A stretch of DNA of 64,000 bases from Nitrosopumilus sp. (GCA_965224195.1 OZ245040.1:1472001-1536000), one strand, 5' to 3'; positions 25,801 to 37,561 are shown, numbered from the stretch's first letter. Numbers and translations: made by a program. Notes: generated from the letters alone by a model not told the origin.

Positions 25801-28027
25801 TCAGCTTGGCCGAATTTGAAAAAGTCCAAAGCCACATTATACGTAGCATCAGTATTTCCAGATTCTAATCCGGTAGTAATTACTACTTGTATCTTGCCAG
25901 TCAATGATTTTAATTTATCATCTGAAAGAATTACAAGACCTGATGATGCATCTTTTGATGTATTATAAAGTACTTCAGCAGTTTCACCATCTGCAACTTT
26001 TTCTTGAACTATTACTTTAGAAGGTGATAGTGATTCAAAGTTGTAGTTGAGTAACTGATGAACTCCGTCCTTATTGACTGTGGCATTAAGAACCTTGAAA
26101 TCCAAATTAGTATCGATAGTTATTATTGGATTGTCAGATATTTCAATATTTCTCCTCTCAAGACTTAGTAATTTACTAAATTTTAGAGATTTATGATCTA
26201 TTGATACTTTGCCAGCAGATGTATCAGTTGGTACTAATAGTTCCTCCAACACTTTAATTCTTTTTTTGGACTCATCAAACTTTGCAAGTGCGTCGGTATC
26301 AGTACTATCTAATTTATCATTGACTGCTTTTGTGGCTTTTTCTAGCTCAAGTTTAGCATTGACAAGATTAGTGTTAGATTACCTACAAAACCACTTGATG
26401 CATCACCAGCTACAGCATTGTCACGCATTGTTTGGTTTGCTGTAACAAAGCCTTTCCATGGTTTGTTTGGGTGGCAGTTTCATCAGTTGTTTTGGCATTA
26501 ATTAAATTAATGGCGGCTTGTTTGAATCCACAAATTCTTGCAGTGTTGCTAATTCAGCTTCACTTTCAATTTTCAAATAGATACTTGCCGTTAAACTTTG
26601 ACAATCCAAACACCTGTAGTGATTTCAGCTAGAGTTTTTGGACTGCCAATTTCTACAGTTGGAATTCCGCCAAAGCTACTATCGCTTACATCAAAGTCGT
26701 CATCCTTCAAGGTGTTCTTGTTTTCATCTTGGTCTGTAATATTGACAGTCAAGGATTCGCCTGAACCCCAGTCTGATGCAATACTAGTCAGATCCATCTT
26801 GACAAGACCTTGGAAGAATTTTACGATAAAGTTGTTTGTTGTATCATTGTAGTCGATAGTAAAGTCAAGACCACGCAGTTTCTCATCGTCAGTTGTTTTC
26901 AAAACAGAGTCGTGTGCATTGTCAGTGCTGGAAAATACACCAGAGTTTGATGATGTCTCTTGTACTGTAACAATTGCTTTACCCACTAGGATATTTTCTG
27001 GAGATAAAGATGCTACGTTTTGATTACCATTGTTTTCAAACCCGATAATATCTTTATCACCAGAGTTTGGACTAGGATCAATAGTTAAGACATCCATTAT
27101 CTCCAAAATTAGCTTTTTCTTGTAGAGTAGGCCAATAATTAACCAAATTACTATCTGATGCAGTAGCAACACCACTTTCATCAAATACATAGTAATATGT
27201 TTCAGTACCGTCAGATAGTGAACGTCCAAGTATCTTCATCAGTTGGATCAATGTTTAATTGATTGTCACTGATGGTTAGATGAACATCTGCATCATGAGG
27301 ATAACTACTTCTATCTAAAGAGTAGCTAGCATCATCACCTATAGATTCACTATAGGTTAGACGGACTTCTTGGTTTGAACCTCCTGCGTTATAGACGACC
27401 TTGATTGTAGCATCGTCTGTAAAGTCAAAGAGTTTGGATGAATGGCCAATGATTAGCAGATTTTAAATCAGTATTACCGATTTGGTCATCTGTATTCCAT
27501 TTTGGTTTAGAGTTTTCAAGGCTTTTACAGGTATTCCATACATTAACTTCTGCTACTGTTGAACTAGTCACAGTCGATCCTCCAGATGACATAAACACTT
27601 TCACGAATCTATTTTAGTATTCAAAAATAGTGTCTGCACTTATATCAGTACATTCTTTACCAAAGTCTAAACTAGCTCCTTGTGCATCAACAGTATCAAC
27701 ACTGTCTTTATCAGCAACATATGCATACCAATAACCATCTGTGGCTTGGACCATTCTAAGGTCGTTGCCATCAAAAGTTACGTCAGGTTCAGCCTTATCT
27801 TCATCAGTTTGTGATAAATTAGGATCTCTAACTATAACTTCAAGAATCATTGGTCCGCCAAACTTGGTGGCAGATACGTATAGATTTGCAGTTTCGCCTG
27901 GTTGTGCGCTAACATCTGGCATGACACCAGGAATTGCGATGGTCATACCACCGGCAAGCATGATAGTCATGAGTGTTAGACTAGTTATTTTTCTTTTTGT
28001 TTGTTGTTTTATTAGATTGTCGTGCAA
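22866..28027 (-). pseudogene. Thaumarchaeal S-layer protein (about 1700 aa), frameshifted in the 5' third; C-terminal 1128 aa intact
   Basis: KITSLTLMTIMLAGG signal, MVQATDGYWYAY, repeated ETG..TG.F motifs, C-terminal AWES...PTALSPP. ORF pieces at 27614-28027, 26591-27229 and 22866-26252. Confidence 0.88.
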
Positions 28028-28056
28028 GTTATTAGATCATATTTGATAAATATAAT

Positions 28057-28172
28057 ATATAAAGATAATGAACGACTGTTCCTTTGTGAGCATGCTGCTA
28101 GTCCAGCAGATGATATAAAGATAATGAACGACTGTTCCTTTGTGAGTATGCTGCTAGTCCAGCAGATGATAT
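28057..28172. repeat. 56-bp tandem duplication covering the putative S-layer TATA box
   Basis: atataaagataatgaacg...ccagcagatg twice (1 mismatch). The minus strand reads ctttatat, about 30 nt upstream of the S-layer start. Confidence 0.85.
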
Positions 28173-28237
28173 TATGATAACTGCTAAAACAAAACCAAGT
28201 AAGGATCTCAATGAATATTTTGAAATATTTAACGCCA

Positions 28238-31200
28238 TTATTTGTTTCTGTTTATTCTAGTATTGATTTTAGATTCCAATTTATCCAAAATAGTCTTTTT
28301 TTCATCCTCATTAAATCCTAATATCTGAAATACAGTATTATCCAATTTTGCCTTATCAAAATCATCTCTATAATCCAACCAAGCTTTAGACATTTTTGAT
28401 AAATCCCTGTCAGATAATTTATCAAAATTTGGGACTAGTGCAGTCTTATAATCATTAATTAGAAATTGTAAAGCTCCACCACCAGCAATATGTCCATTAA
28501 TTTCTAACAACAATGCAAAATATGAAGAAGAAAGATATGATAAGAAGGCATGAACATGATCAATCTTATTTGGTGTAAGATATGCAAAATTATCCCTAGC
28601 ACAAAAGGAGTTATTATTTTCATAGAATTTCATTTGATGATGTGCAAATCTAGCTAAGAAAATTGCGGGCTTGTCAGTAAGATCAAGTGAATACCACATC
28701 TTGCGATTTTTCACAGTAGACAGTTCAGATATTAAACAAGGCGTGTTATTTTTACCTCGTTTAGGAATAATTTTTGTCTTTTCGCCATATTCAATATACT
28801 TTAAGACATTTTTACCATTCTCACTTTTTACTAATTTACCTTTTGAATCATTAGCATTTAGTAGATATTCTGAAGCATCAGTATCAATCAACAATCCTTC
28901 GTGTATGTTGCCAGATAAAACAGGTTTTCTGTATTCTTTAGTAATTCCATATTTTTCGATAATATCTTTAGTTAAAACAAAAAAATCATTATAGCCCGTA
29001 GTCTTTCCTCTTTTAATAAATCCTAAATCTTGCATTTTTACCATCTCAATTTTTGGCATAAAATCAAATTCTGAAAAATGATTATTCCAGTTATCAGGGA
29101 TAAATTCCTTTTGTGGTTTTTTGTTGATATTAAAATTTTGGCTTTCAAACCCGCCCTTATTGACAGTTTTAAACAAAGCTTTATGATGTTTTGTTTGTGA
29201 TTTTCTTAATAGTATTATTGCAGCTGAAATATCTGCATCCTCAAATACATTAAAATTAATTTTTGTTATTTCCAAAATATCAGAATTATCTAAAAACAAC
29301 TTCTGAATGCCAAACCCATAACCAAAATGTAGCCAAGAATCACTGGAAATAAAACCAAGAATTCCATCTTTTTTTAACAAATTCAAAGCATGATAATGAA
29401 AATAACAGCTCAAATCAGATTTAGGATCAATAGTATATTTTTCAGGCAATATCAAAGTGTGATTATCCGGCAAGGTCATTTTTTCTTTATGATCTAGTAT
29501 TTCTTGTCTAACGTATGGCGGATTGCCAATTATAACATCAAAACCATTGTCCAGGTCAGGGTGTAATACTTCTGTAAAATTTGCATGCCATTCAAAAGCC
29601 ATGGAATCAATTTCTTTATCATCAATTACGCTATTACCTGCTTTGATTCTATCAGATAATCCTATTAGTTTTCTATTGTTTGAAGCGATTTTAAGAAATA
29701 TGCTTAACTGTGTAATTTCGACAGATTCAGAATTTAGATCGACCCCATAAATATTATTTTCAACGATAAATCTAATTTCTGATTCCTCATCAAAATTAGA
29801 AGTTATTTGCTTTTGTTCATTAGAATACACACACCACCACCCCCCCCCCCGATGGACTTTTTGAGTTGGATTTCTCGATTTATCTCCAATAATACATCAA
29901 TAGATTTAATCAAAAATGCCCCCGAACCGCATGCAGGATCTAAAATCTTAATTTCTTGAAATTTCTTTTCTAAAACCTCGATATTGTTTTCATACTCATC
30001 TATTAGTATAGAAATTTGATTAGTTCCAGTTTTTGACAAATAAGGAATTATTGTATTTCGGCAAATATAATCCGTAATATATTCAGGTGTATAATATACA
30101 CCCTCTTTTTTTCTCTTTGAATCAGTTTGATTTTTTAGCCCTTCCAAATCAGATATTGATTGCTCGAAAATATGCCCTAAAATATTAACGTTAACTTCGG
30201 TGTTAAAATCAAAAGAATCCATAATTAACAAATTTGAAATTATAGGATTTAGTGAATTATGTTTTTTAATAATATTTTCTGCCTTTTCAGATAATTTTGT
30301 TGATTTTAATAATTTGGAATTTTGTTTTACATCATCATAAAACTTTGAATCCATAAGATCATTAAAAAATATCTTATCAGGGATTACGCCATTAAACAAA
30401 CCGCCATTAAAACCAAAGACCCCTAAAATATCAGAACCCTTATCAAACGAAATAAACAATTCCTTTACATCGTCATAAATTTTCTTAGAATGTTCAGTCA
30501 ATTGCCCCTGATCTAAAATGTTTAAAATTCTATTTGTGAATAATTTTGAATTAGAAATAAATCCTCTATCTTCTACAAAAAATATGAAAATTAATCTATT
30601 AAGAATTAATTGTGTATAGTAAATAGCTTCATTATTTCCACAATTTCTGTTTTCTTGAAAAGACATCTTTAACATTAAACGCGTTTCATGGTATAGCTTG
30701 TAAAATTCCTTAGTGAATTCTTTTTCTTCATTGCTTGATTCAGCATATAGTTTTTTGATAAAGCCTTCTTCAATGATTCTATCTTTTGAGAAAATCGCGA
30801 TAAACTCTTTTAGTTTGTCTTCATTTTTTGATATTGAAATAAAATCAAATTTATGCTCTTTGGTATATCCTAACTCTTTTGTAATCAAAATAAATTCCTT
30901 GTAATTTGTGCAAATTCCATAATCAAGCCCCACACTTCCCATGTAATCCCATGTTTGCTTAATCGGTGTTTCATGTTCTTTTTTAAATCTATGCTGTATT
31001 GCATGAAGATCTTTAGTTCCAGTTCCTTTAACCTCAAAGCATAATATTTTTTTCCCGTCTTTATTTGAGAATTGAAAATCCATATTGTCAGTTTCAAAGT
31101 CTATCTCTTTTATCGGATAACCCAAAATGCCATCTAAAATTATAGACATGAATTTTGGATAATTGCTTTTTTCATCCTCAAGATTGTTATCTTCCAATAA

Positions 31201-31305
31201 TTTTAACCATTCCTTAGATGATTCTTTTTGTTTGTCAGAAATTTCTATATCTGAAATTAATCTATCAAGTGTCTTTTTATTGAAAAGCTGATTATATTGG
31301 GTCAT
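28238..31305 (-). CDS. Type IIG (Eco57I-like) fused restriction endonuclease/N6-adenine methyltransferase, split by a frameshift at a G11 tract
   Basis: N-terminal D...EVK nuclease motif, GVYYTP and ILDPACGSGAFL in ORF 29803-31305; GVDLN and IIGNPPYV plus TRD in ORF 28238-29830. Confidence 0.9.
29840..29850 (-). repeat. Homopolymer G11 (coding strand) at the R-M frameshift
   Basis: 11 C on the + strand inside a very AT-rich gene. Confidence 0.95.
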
Positions 31306-31466
31306 TGAATTACTTTGGTATAGCAGTGTTGTTATAACTCTTATTTCAAATTTTTCAATTTAGAGAAAATTCATATCCCTTGACAAGCTAGCAGAACCTG
31401 ATATGCAATAATGTTATTGCCAAAAATTATTTTTAAAAGGCGATGATGAGCCGCATGCTTTTTGAT

Positions 31467-32166
31467 TTTAAACAACAAAACTAGGCTATTTTTTTAGTAA
31501 AAAATTTTACTCTGTAATTAAGACATCATCTCTCGTCTGTTCTGAGCATTTTACCAGTAGTGCAGAATGCAATAGAGGAATCATCATTACTTGGATCATT
31601 CAGAGCCAGGGGACAAGGGAATAGAGAACTGATGCATATAGTAATATAATGACCAATATAATGAACCAATCATTAGCCAAACTCATGGGCCGCAATCATA
31701 TAATTTTGTGTTTGTGTCTTCATGTTCCAATCCCGATTGCGGCCCCATCAAAGCATTAAAAATAAATCAACCTGGCATAAGGTCAACTTTTAATCAAGTA
31801 TTGCTAGATTCTCTTTACGACTTGAACCGTCTGCAGTTGTCTTCTGTTTTTCGTGTTGCGCGGCCTTGTCCTTAGCACAAAATTACAGCATGGACAGTGC
31901 CTGCCTTCCCAGTACATGAAAACCCCGCATATGGAGCACATCTTTTGTCCCTGGATGTAGCGGTTAATGCCATGAACTCTTTTTGCCTTGTGTCGAGTAC
32001 AGGTTCCCTTGCAGGTCATAGTGAAATTATGCCAAAAAATACAATTTATAAATCCTGGAGTATTATTCATCTGGACTAGATAATTCAGCACGCTAGCGTA
32101 ATGATTCACCAACCTAACGCAACACTAGCTTGAAATGGGAGCAAATTACTCAAAAGGATTCAAGAT
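31467..32166. repeat. Duplicated block A, copy 1 (copy 2 at 43352-44066)
   Basis: Near-identical sequence from tttaaacaacaaaactagg to ...ggattcaagat. Confidence 0.92.
31804..32112 (-). CDS. Cys-rich zinc-finger protein (likely start MTCKG, about 71 aa), copy 1
   Basis: MTCKGTC..HKA...CSICGVF...CPCC..LRTRPR. Confidence 0.75.
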   Translation of the reverse strand: MVNHYASVLNYLVQMNNTPGFINCIFWHNFTMTCKGTCTRHKAKRVHGINRYIQGQKMCSICGVFMYWEGRHCPCCNFVLRTRPRNTKNRRQLQTVQVVKRI

Positions 32167-33064
32167 GCAAGGCAGTGGATGCAAAATGGTTCTGCAAGCT
32201 TGTCAAGACCTGAACTGTAAATCTTGTTCTGAATCGTCTTCATGCATGTTTGAATTCTTTACACAGGAATTCCAGGATTGCTAATTTGTCATGGATTATT
32301 TTGGATAACTTGATTGTCTTTCTCAATAATTATATGAAATTAGTTTTGGCGGCAATAGGTTTGCAATCACCTTGATTGTTATTTTTGGTAGTGTTTAATC
32401 CAATCAAACTTTTCTAGTCCCTCATTTAAAATATCAGTCATAAATTTACAGTGTCTACTAAGGTCTGAAAAATATGTATGTGTAGCAGAAATTATTTCTT
32501 TTTGAACAGCATCATCATCATTATCATCTGATGCGCTCAGGTGTTGAGACTTGTCCCTTAAAACATTCTTCCATGTGTCGTAACTGTTATGCAGTTTATC
32601 ATTATATGCATCAATGGCTTGGTGTATATTTTTGACAGATTTTATTTCATCCAAACTTAATTTTATCAATGATCCGCTGTCTTCAATGGCTTTCCAGAAA
32701 TTAAATTCCAGCGGTATGTAAAATTTCGCTACTATTTTCTTATCCATTTTTTTAGAAACCAATTCCTTTACAAAAGACTGAATATTTTTTTCAGATTCCA
32801 AACAAGGTTCTACACGTGCCAAACGCTTATCCACGAGATCATAAAGTCGTTTAAAGTCATCTTGCAACAGCTGTTTTATTTTTTTTATCTCTCTTTGGTC
32901 CTTTTTACGCTCCCAAAAAATTGAAATAAAAAACCCAAAGCCAGCTCCAAGTACTGCTCCAATAAATGCAATTCCCAGTGCTTCAAGGGCCGTCATCCAT
33001 TGGCGTTTCACCTATATGTCTAATGAGTTTTCTGCATTGCATTATCCATAAGAATATTTTTAAA
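32119..33064. repeat. Duplicated block B, copy 1 (copy 2 at 42277-43222)
   Basis: Near-identical about 945 bp including a 205-210-aa gene. Confidence 0.93.
32379..33011 (-). CDS. Membrane-anchored helical hypothetical protein, copy 1
   Basis: N-terminal TM (FIGAVLGAGFGFFISIFW) and FNFWKAIEDSGSLIKL core. Confidence 0.8.
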   Translation of the reverse strand: MKRQWMTALEALGIAFIGAVLGAGFGFFISIFWERKKDQREIKKIKQLLQDDFKRLYDLVDKRLARVEPCLESEKNIQSFVKELVSKKMDKKIVAKFYIPLEFNFWKAIEDSGSLIKLSLDEIKSVKNIHQAIDAYNDKLHNSYDTWKNVLRDKSQHLSASDDNDDDAVQKEIISATHTYFSDLSRHCKFMTDILNEGLEKFDWIKHYQK

Positions 33065-33224
33065 ATAAAAAGAGGGAGTGGTGTTGTTTGCTGTCAGCTT
33101 TGCAATGTAAGGCGTTGGTAACCCTAACTGAACCACTCTGTCACCCAAATTTACCATCAGTTGAAAATCCGGCCTAGTTTTGACCAAAGTATCAGATAAC
33201 ATAGCATTCAAAAAATGCGGGATG

Positions 33225-33518
33225 TCATTTGCGCGACATGTCTGCGCGTACTGTATGCTGCAAATAGCTCATTGCCTTTGCTTCCTCCAGTTTCATTGCA
33301 TCAAGTATCTCCGGGTTTTGCAGCTTGCCTGACGGCGAGGGCACAATCCATATGGTTGCAGGCTCTGCCAGATCAGGGGACGGCCTGTCATATATGCTGC
33401 CATACATATCCTTTGCATGCTGCAATGCGCGGTCCCTCTCATGGGATATCATGCCGTCATAGTTTGAGTTTGCCCTCCTTGATCTCAATTTCAGCTCTAA
33501 AAGCTGGTGTATGCTCAT
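33225..33518 (-). CDS. Hypothetical protein (virus-like small ORF cluster)
   Basis: 97-aa ORF, GC-richer than the host, preceded by short ORFs. Confidence 0.45.
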   Translation of the reverse strand: MSIHQLLELKLRSRRANSNYDGMISHERDRALQHAKDMYGSIYDRPSPDLAEPATIWIVPSPSGKLQNPEILDAMKLEEAKAMSYLQHTVRADMSRK

Positions 33519-33889
33519 CTAAACTCATGTGTGGTTTTATGTAATTGTGGCATAGTTTGATTCCTGTAATTGCTGGTGAATCATCTTTTTTCAAAACCTC
33601 GTTCTATATCTAATTCATGTTGTGCGAATGCCCTGGTTGCATTATCATCCCAATCTACTTTGTTCATACTATATGTTGATTTTTAGGTTAATTATATTAT
33701 TTGCGATCATTTTACTAGAGAATAAAAAATATTTCACAATATTGGGAATTGATAGTAGTTTAAGGTTCAACTAATTTTTGAGATGAAATTTGGATTATGT
33801 AGTTTGCGATCAAAATTATAAAGTTGATTATTGGAATTTAGTTTTAGATCGTCACATTTAATATCCAATTGGTAATATTTTCCATTTAG

Positions 33890-34618
33890 TTGGATCAGAA
33901 TACAGGAAATAACAGCATTCAAATTTATCGATATAAAAAAGAGATCCAGTTATCATATGATATCATTGAAGAGAAAATCAGCAGTGAAACAGAACACAAA
34001 TATTCTTTAAAAATAAAAAAAGATGAAAAAACTAAGAGATATTCTTCTACTTTTGAGTTTAAAAAAAGAACTTCAATTAAAGAGAATGAAGACTTGTTAT
34101 GGTATGGCGTTGATGCACAAAGAGAGACAGAGTCAGAAGTTCTAAGTTTACATCATAATGTGTGTTTTAGTAAAAAAGGATTTTTAATAATTACTGGAAT
34201 GACTAATAGAAATACATTGTTAAAATATCTTGTAGATTTACTACATCCTCAAAAATATGTATTTGAACCAAAGTATTTGAGTAAAAAAGAAATTCAAGAA
34301 TTTACAAACAAACTTCTAAAAAAGAAGGTCAATAAAATATATCAACCAAGATTCCGTTTTTCTGAGAGATATAGAAAAAGAGAATTTAATGATTTTATTG
34401 TAGGTGAGGATGAATGTGCAACAGATGATAAAGAATATCCAAAAATGATGAAAAAATGCTCTTATTTTGAACCAGTGTTTAAGATTAATAAAATAAATGA
34501 CGATGATATTATAACAAAATTCAAAGTGAATCATGCAGGACGTCTTTATAGTTCACGTGCATTAACTTTTGAGCAATGGATTAGTTTGATTAAAAATTAC
34601 TTATCTTGGTGTATGTGA
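33890..34618 (+). CDS. Hypothetical protein (AT-rich cassette, gene 1)
   Basis: Intact 242-aa Lys-rich ORF with no recognised motif. Confidence 0.75.
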   Translation: MDQNTGNNSIQIYRYKKEIQLSYDIIEEKISSETEHKYSLKIKKDEKTKRYSSTFEFKKRTSIKENEDLLWYGVDAQRETESEVLSLHHNVCFSKKGFLIITGMTNRNTLLKYLVDLLHPQKYVFEPKYLSKKEIQEFTNKLLKKKVNKIYQPRFRFSERYRKREFNDFIVGEDECATDDKEYPKMMKKCSYFEPVFKINKINDDDIITKFKVNHAGRLYSSRALTFEQWISLIKNYLSWCM

Positions 34619-34658
34619 TGATGATAAAGTTTTTACTTAGTAAATTCTAATATTAATC

Positions 34659-35147
34659 ATGAGTGCAGAAGAGCAATTATCATTATCATTATCTGTTATT
34701 GCAATTGTGTGTATGATTGCTATATCTACACTTCAATTAATGTTCAAGTTCTATAATATCAAAAAAGAGAGAGATGTAATGATTAGTGAAGCAAAAATAC
34801 TTTGCATGGATCTTAAGAGGATATTAACAGATTGTGACAAAGATAATGAAGAAGAGATTTATGAGATTGAATTATCTTTAGCATCTTATTTTAAAGATAA
34901 TAGTTTAAGATTAAAATTATTGGCAGATAAATTGGCAGAATCCCAACCATGGTATTATAAAAATTCTGAATTAAAATATATTGGAAAATTACTTGACTGG
35001 TTGATCAGTGATTTCTATGATGCTACATCTGATGAAGAAGAAAGAATACGCATATGGTCACAAAACGTTCAAGGTTTTCATATCAGATATTCACAATCAT
35101 TTCATAAAGAATCTATGACGATATCACATATACAAAACAGATCGTAA
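34659..35147 (+). CDS. Hypothetical protein with N-terminal TM helix (AT-rich cassette, gene 2)
   Basis: Intact 162-aa ORF, hydrophobic residues about 7-29. Confidence 0.75.
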   Translation: MSAEEQLSLSLSVIAIVCMIAISTLQLMFKFYNIKKERDVMISEAKILCMDLKRILTDCDKDNEEEIYEIELSLASYFKDNSLRLKLLADKLAESQPWYYKNSELKYIGKLLDWLISDFYDATSDEEERIRIWSQNVQGFHIRYSQSFHKESMTISHIQNRS

Positions 35148-35774
35148 TCACATTCACTTATTTGGTGTTGTTTTTATTTTACCTGCCAAAAAATTATCAA
35201 TAACCGAGTTTGCATAATTTATTTGGTTTGCCGTCCATTGTGTTGTCATAGTTTTAGATGATATGTTTTTAGGTTTAAAGTTTTATCCAATTAGGGTTGT
35301 CCAATATAATGCATTCATAATGTGGAGCAGAAAATACAACTCCAGACTGTTTTACGTACTGCAGTCATAAGTTTTTAGTGAATGGATCATTTGGGAAACT
35401 TGCGCTTAATAATCTTGTTTGCTTCTTGTTTTGACAGATTATGCATGCCATCCGTCGTGACAGTAAGGTGGGTGTAAAATTGCAGTGCTTCCCCGCCTAT
35501 CTCCTTTTGGCATATATCACACATCATACCTTGTGATGATCCGTATGCGTGATTTAACTATTTTGGATGGACGTCTGTGCAATGTACTGGGGCATGACTT
35601 TTGCGCATCAGACAGAACATAGTTTTCATAAAAGGCACATGCAGCAGCAGATTCAGATGCGGTTGCATATGTTTGCTAACGTATCAGGCGCTATGATATG
35701 CAGCGTTGCATTTGTATTGTTTTTATCCCTGATAGTGACCATCCCATATGCTTTGCCTTTTGGTCATATGGTTT

Positions 35775-35870
35775 TAAAAATTCTTTAGTTGTGTGCTTTA
35801 CAATTACAGGCTTATTTTTTTAAAAATTCTTTAGTTGTGTGCTTTACAATTACAGGTTTATTTTTTTAAA
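35775..35870. repeat. 46-bp tandem duplication
   Basis: taaaaattctttagttgtgtgctttacaattacagg(c/t)ttatttttt twice. Confidence 0.9.
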
Positions 35871-36004
35871 ATCGTTTAGACAGTGTTATAATCCTACTTG
35901 AATTAGAAAAAATTAGGATATACTCGTATTCCTCATTGTCATTGTACAACCATTCGCCATTCTCAAATACTGCAATACCGCCAAAGACCTTCTTCTTGGG
36001 CTTG

Positions 36005-36235
36005 TTATCTCTGATGTATCTTGATAATCTCTAAAACTATCTTGATGTGTTTGCAGTCTGCTTTTCTGCAATTATGATCCTTACACTCACATCTTAAACC
36101 GTTATCAGTCTTTGATATAATATAATGATTATTAGGATTTGACTGCGATCTAACCTTGAATTTGTCATGGTCAATCTGGGAACAATAGCCTATAATTTCC
36201 ATCATTTGTTTAGCTCTTTGTGATCTTTGATTCAT
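36005..36235 (-). pseudogene. SWIM zinc-finger fragment, probably the N-terminus of a SWIM-DDE transposase
   Basis: FKVRSQS...Y......CECKD......CKHI SWIM signature; no DDE domain follows. Confidence 0.65.
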
Positions 36236-36411
36236 GAAAATACCTCAAAAATTATAAAGTGGCAGAAAGAATAATGCTCAGTTCGTAACAAGTTCATCAT
36301 AGGCTCTGCCAAGCCTTTGATTTTCTTTTTCATCATTGCACAATTCATACTAATAGTATTTACTTTTAGTAATATTAACCTTATTATTGGAGTAACTACT
36401 AAAGGTAAATA

Positions 36412-36531
36412 ATGGTAGTGATAAAACGGGATGTATGCAGGTGTAACAAATGTAAAAATGAATGGATTCCAAGAGGTAAAGATTTACCTATATGCTGTGG
36501 AAAATGCAAATCACCCTATTGGAATCAATAA
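36412..36531 (+). CDS. 39-aa zinc-ribbon protein (CxxC...CxxCKSPYW)
   Basis: Manual translation: MVVIKRDVCRCNKCKNEWIPRGKDLPICCGKCKSPYWNQ. Confidence 0.75.
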   Translation: MVVIKRDVCRCNKCKNEWIPRGKDLPICCGKCKSPYWNQ

Positions 36532-36631
36532 TAAAACGATCAAATTTTCTTACCAATTAAACTCAAAATTTCATACCTTTAATTCTAAAAACATATTAAC
36601 TGATAACAACGTGATTAAATTGGTGTATAAA

Positions 36632-36817
36632 ATGAGTTCAAAAAATCCTAGAATCCTAGTGGAGTTTCCATCTGTTGATTGTACAGAACGTGGATTTGAA
36701 ACCCTTTGTTCATCCCAGCGTAGTTTCAACTATGTGGGAAAGGACAGATACGAAATAACTCAAATTCAATTGAATGCATTAGATATACAGGGAATACCAT
36801 ACAAAATTATTCCTTAA
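36632..36817 (+). CDS. Small hypothetical protein (61 aa; C-terminal part of track ORF 36431-36817)
   Basis: MSSKNPRILVEF... begins after an AT-rich spacer. Confidence 0.5.
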   Translation: MSSKNPRILVEFPSVDCTERGFETLCSSQRSFNYVGKDRYEITQIQLNALDIQGIPYKIIP

Positions 36818-36833
36818 TTTTTTGTGATTTAAA

Positions 36834-37199
36834 ATGTTTATTAATAAATACACTGTTCAAATGACAATTAGTTTTGTGAGAACAAAAAATTTTAAAAATA
36901 CTAAACTTGGATTTACTTTTCACACGATAATAGAAGAATCAATATCTGATTTGAAACCTGATGGTAATGGACCAATTAAGGAAAGAATAAAAAATCCAAA
37001 GTTTGTCATAAATAATATGGGTGGTAATAATCTTGAGTGTATATTAAATATACCAATATCTGATTTTGATGGTGCCATGAGGGAATTAATAGTTCAACTC
37101 ATATCAAAACTTAAGAAAAATTTCCAAAAATGGGGAAAATACAAGATTCAAATTAATGGTTTATCAATCTTGCAGAATATAGATGATGTAAAATTATAA
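36834..37199 (+). CDS. Hypothetical protein
   Basis: 121-aa ORF, co-oriented with the preceding gene. Confidence 0.55.
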   Translation: MFINKYTVQMTISFVRTKNFKNTKLGFTFHTIIEESISDLKPDGNGPIKERIKNPKFVINNMGGNNLECILNIPISDFDGAMRELIVQLISKLKKNFQKWGKYKIQINGLSILQNIDDVKL

Positions 37200-37363
37200 A
37201 TTCAAAATGCTAGTTTACACAAGGAAAATTCAATTTAGAGAAAATTCATATTTCGGGTCTCGATAATGCAACAAAACCCGCAGTTCCTTTTTACCCAACA
37301 ATTAAAACCATTTTACACAATTAATAAATCAGCACCCGAAGATGTTACAGAACCCTATTTTTG

Positions 37364-37540
37364 GGTTCTGCCAGCTTGTCTGGACTTGTCTTAAATTCTT
37401 GACAGATTCTAATTTTATGAAATTGCCATGAATTCTTCTCTCCATTTAATCTTGAAATTAGTAATTCCACAAACAATGTCACTTGTTCCGTCATATCTGC
37501 ACAGCCTGTTCCTAAATGTTTCTGAATTGATTCTAAATTA
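37364..37540 (-). mobile_element. 3' remnant of an IS5-family transposase
   Basis: 37427-37539 is similar to 45332-45445 (atgaattcttc..tccatttaatcttgaaa...ccacaaacaat...catatctgca). Confidence 0.7.
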
Positions 37541-37561
37541 ATTTATAATTGTATTTTATTT

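Noticed and set aside
23239-25968. Several + strand ORFs opposite the S-layer gene (similar cases opposite tuf, hemL, lig)
   Set aside because: Antisense shadows of strongly supported genes.
31439-31460. Fluoride riboswitch (ggcgatg start)
   Set aside because: The downstream conserved elements are absent and there is no fluoride-related gene.
36431-36631. N-terminal part of track ORF 36431-36817
   Set aside because: It overlaps a better zinc-ribbon ORF in another frame; the likely start is 36632.
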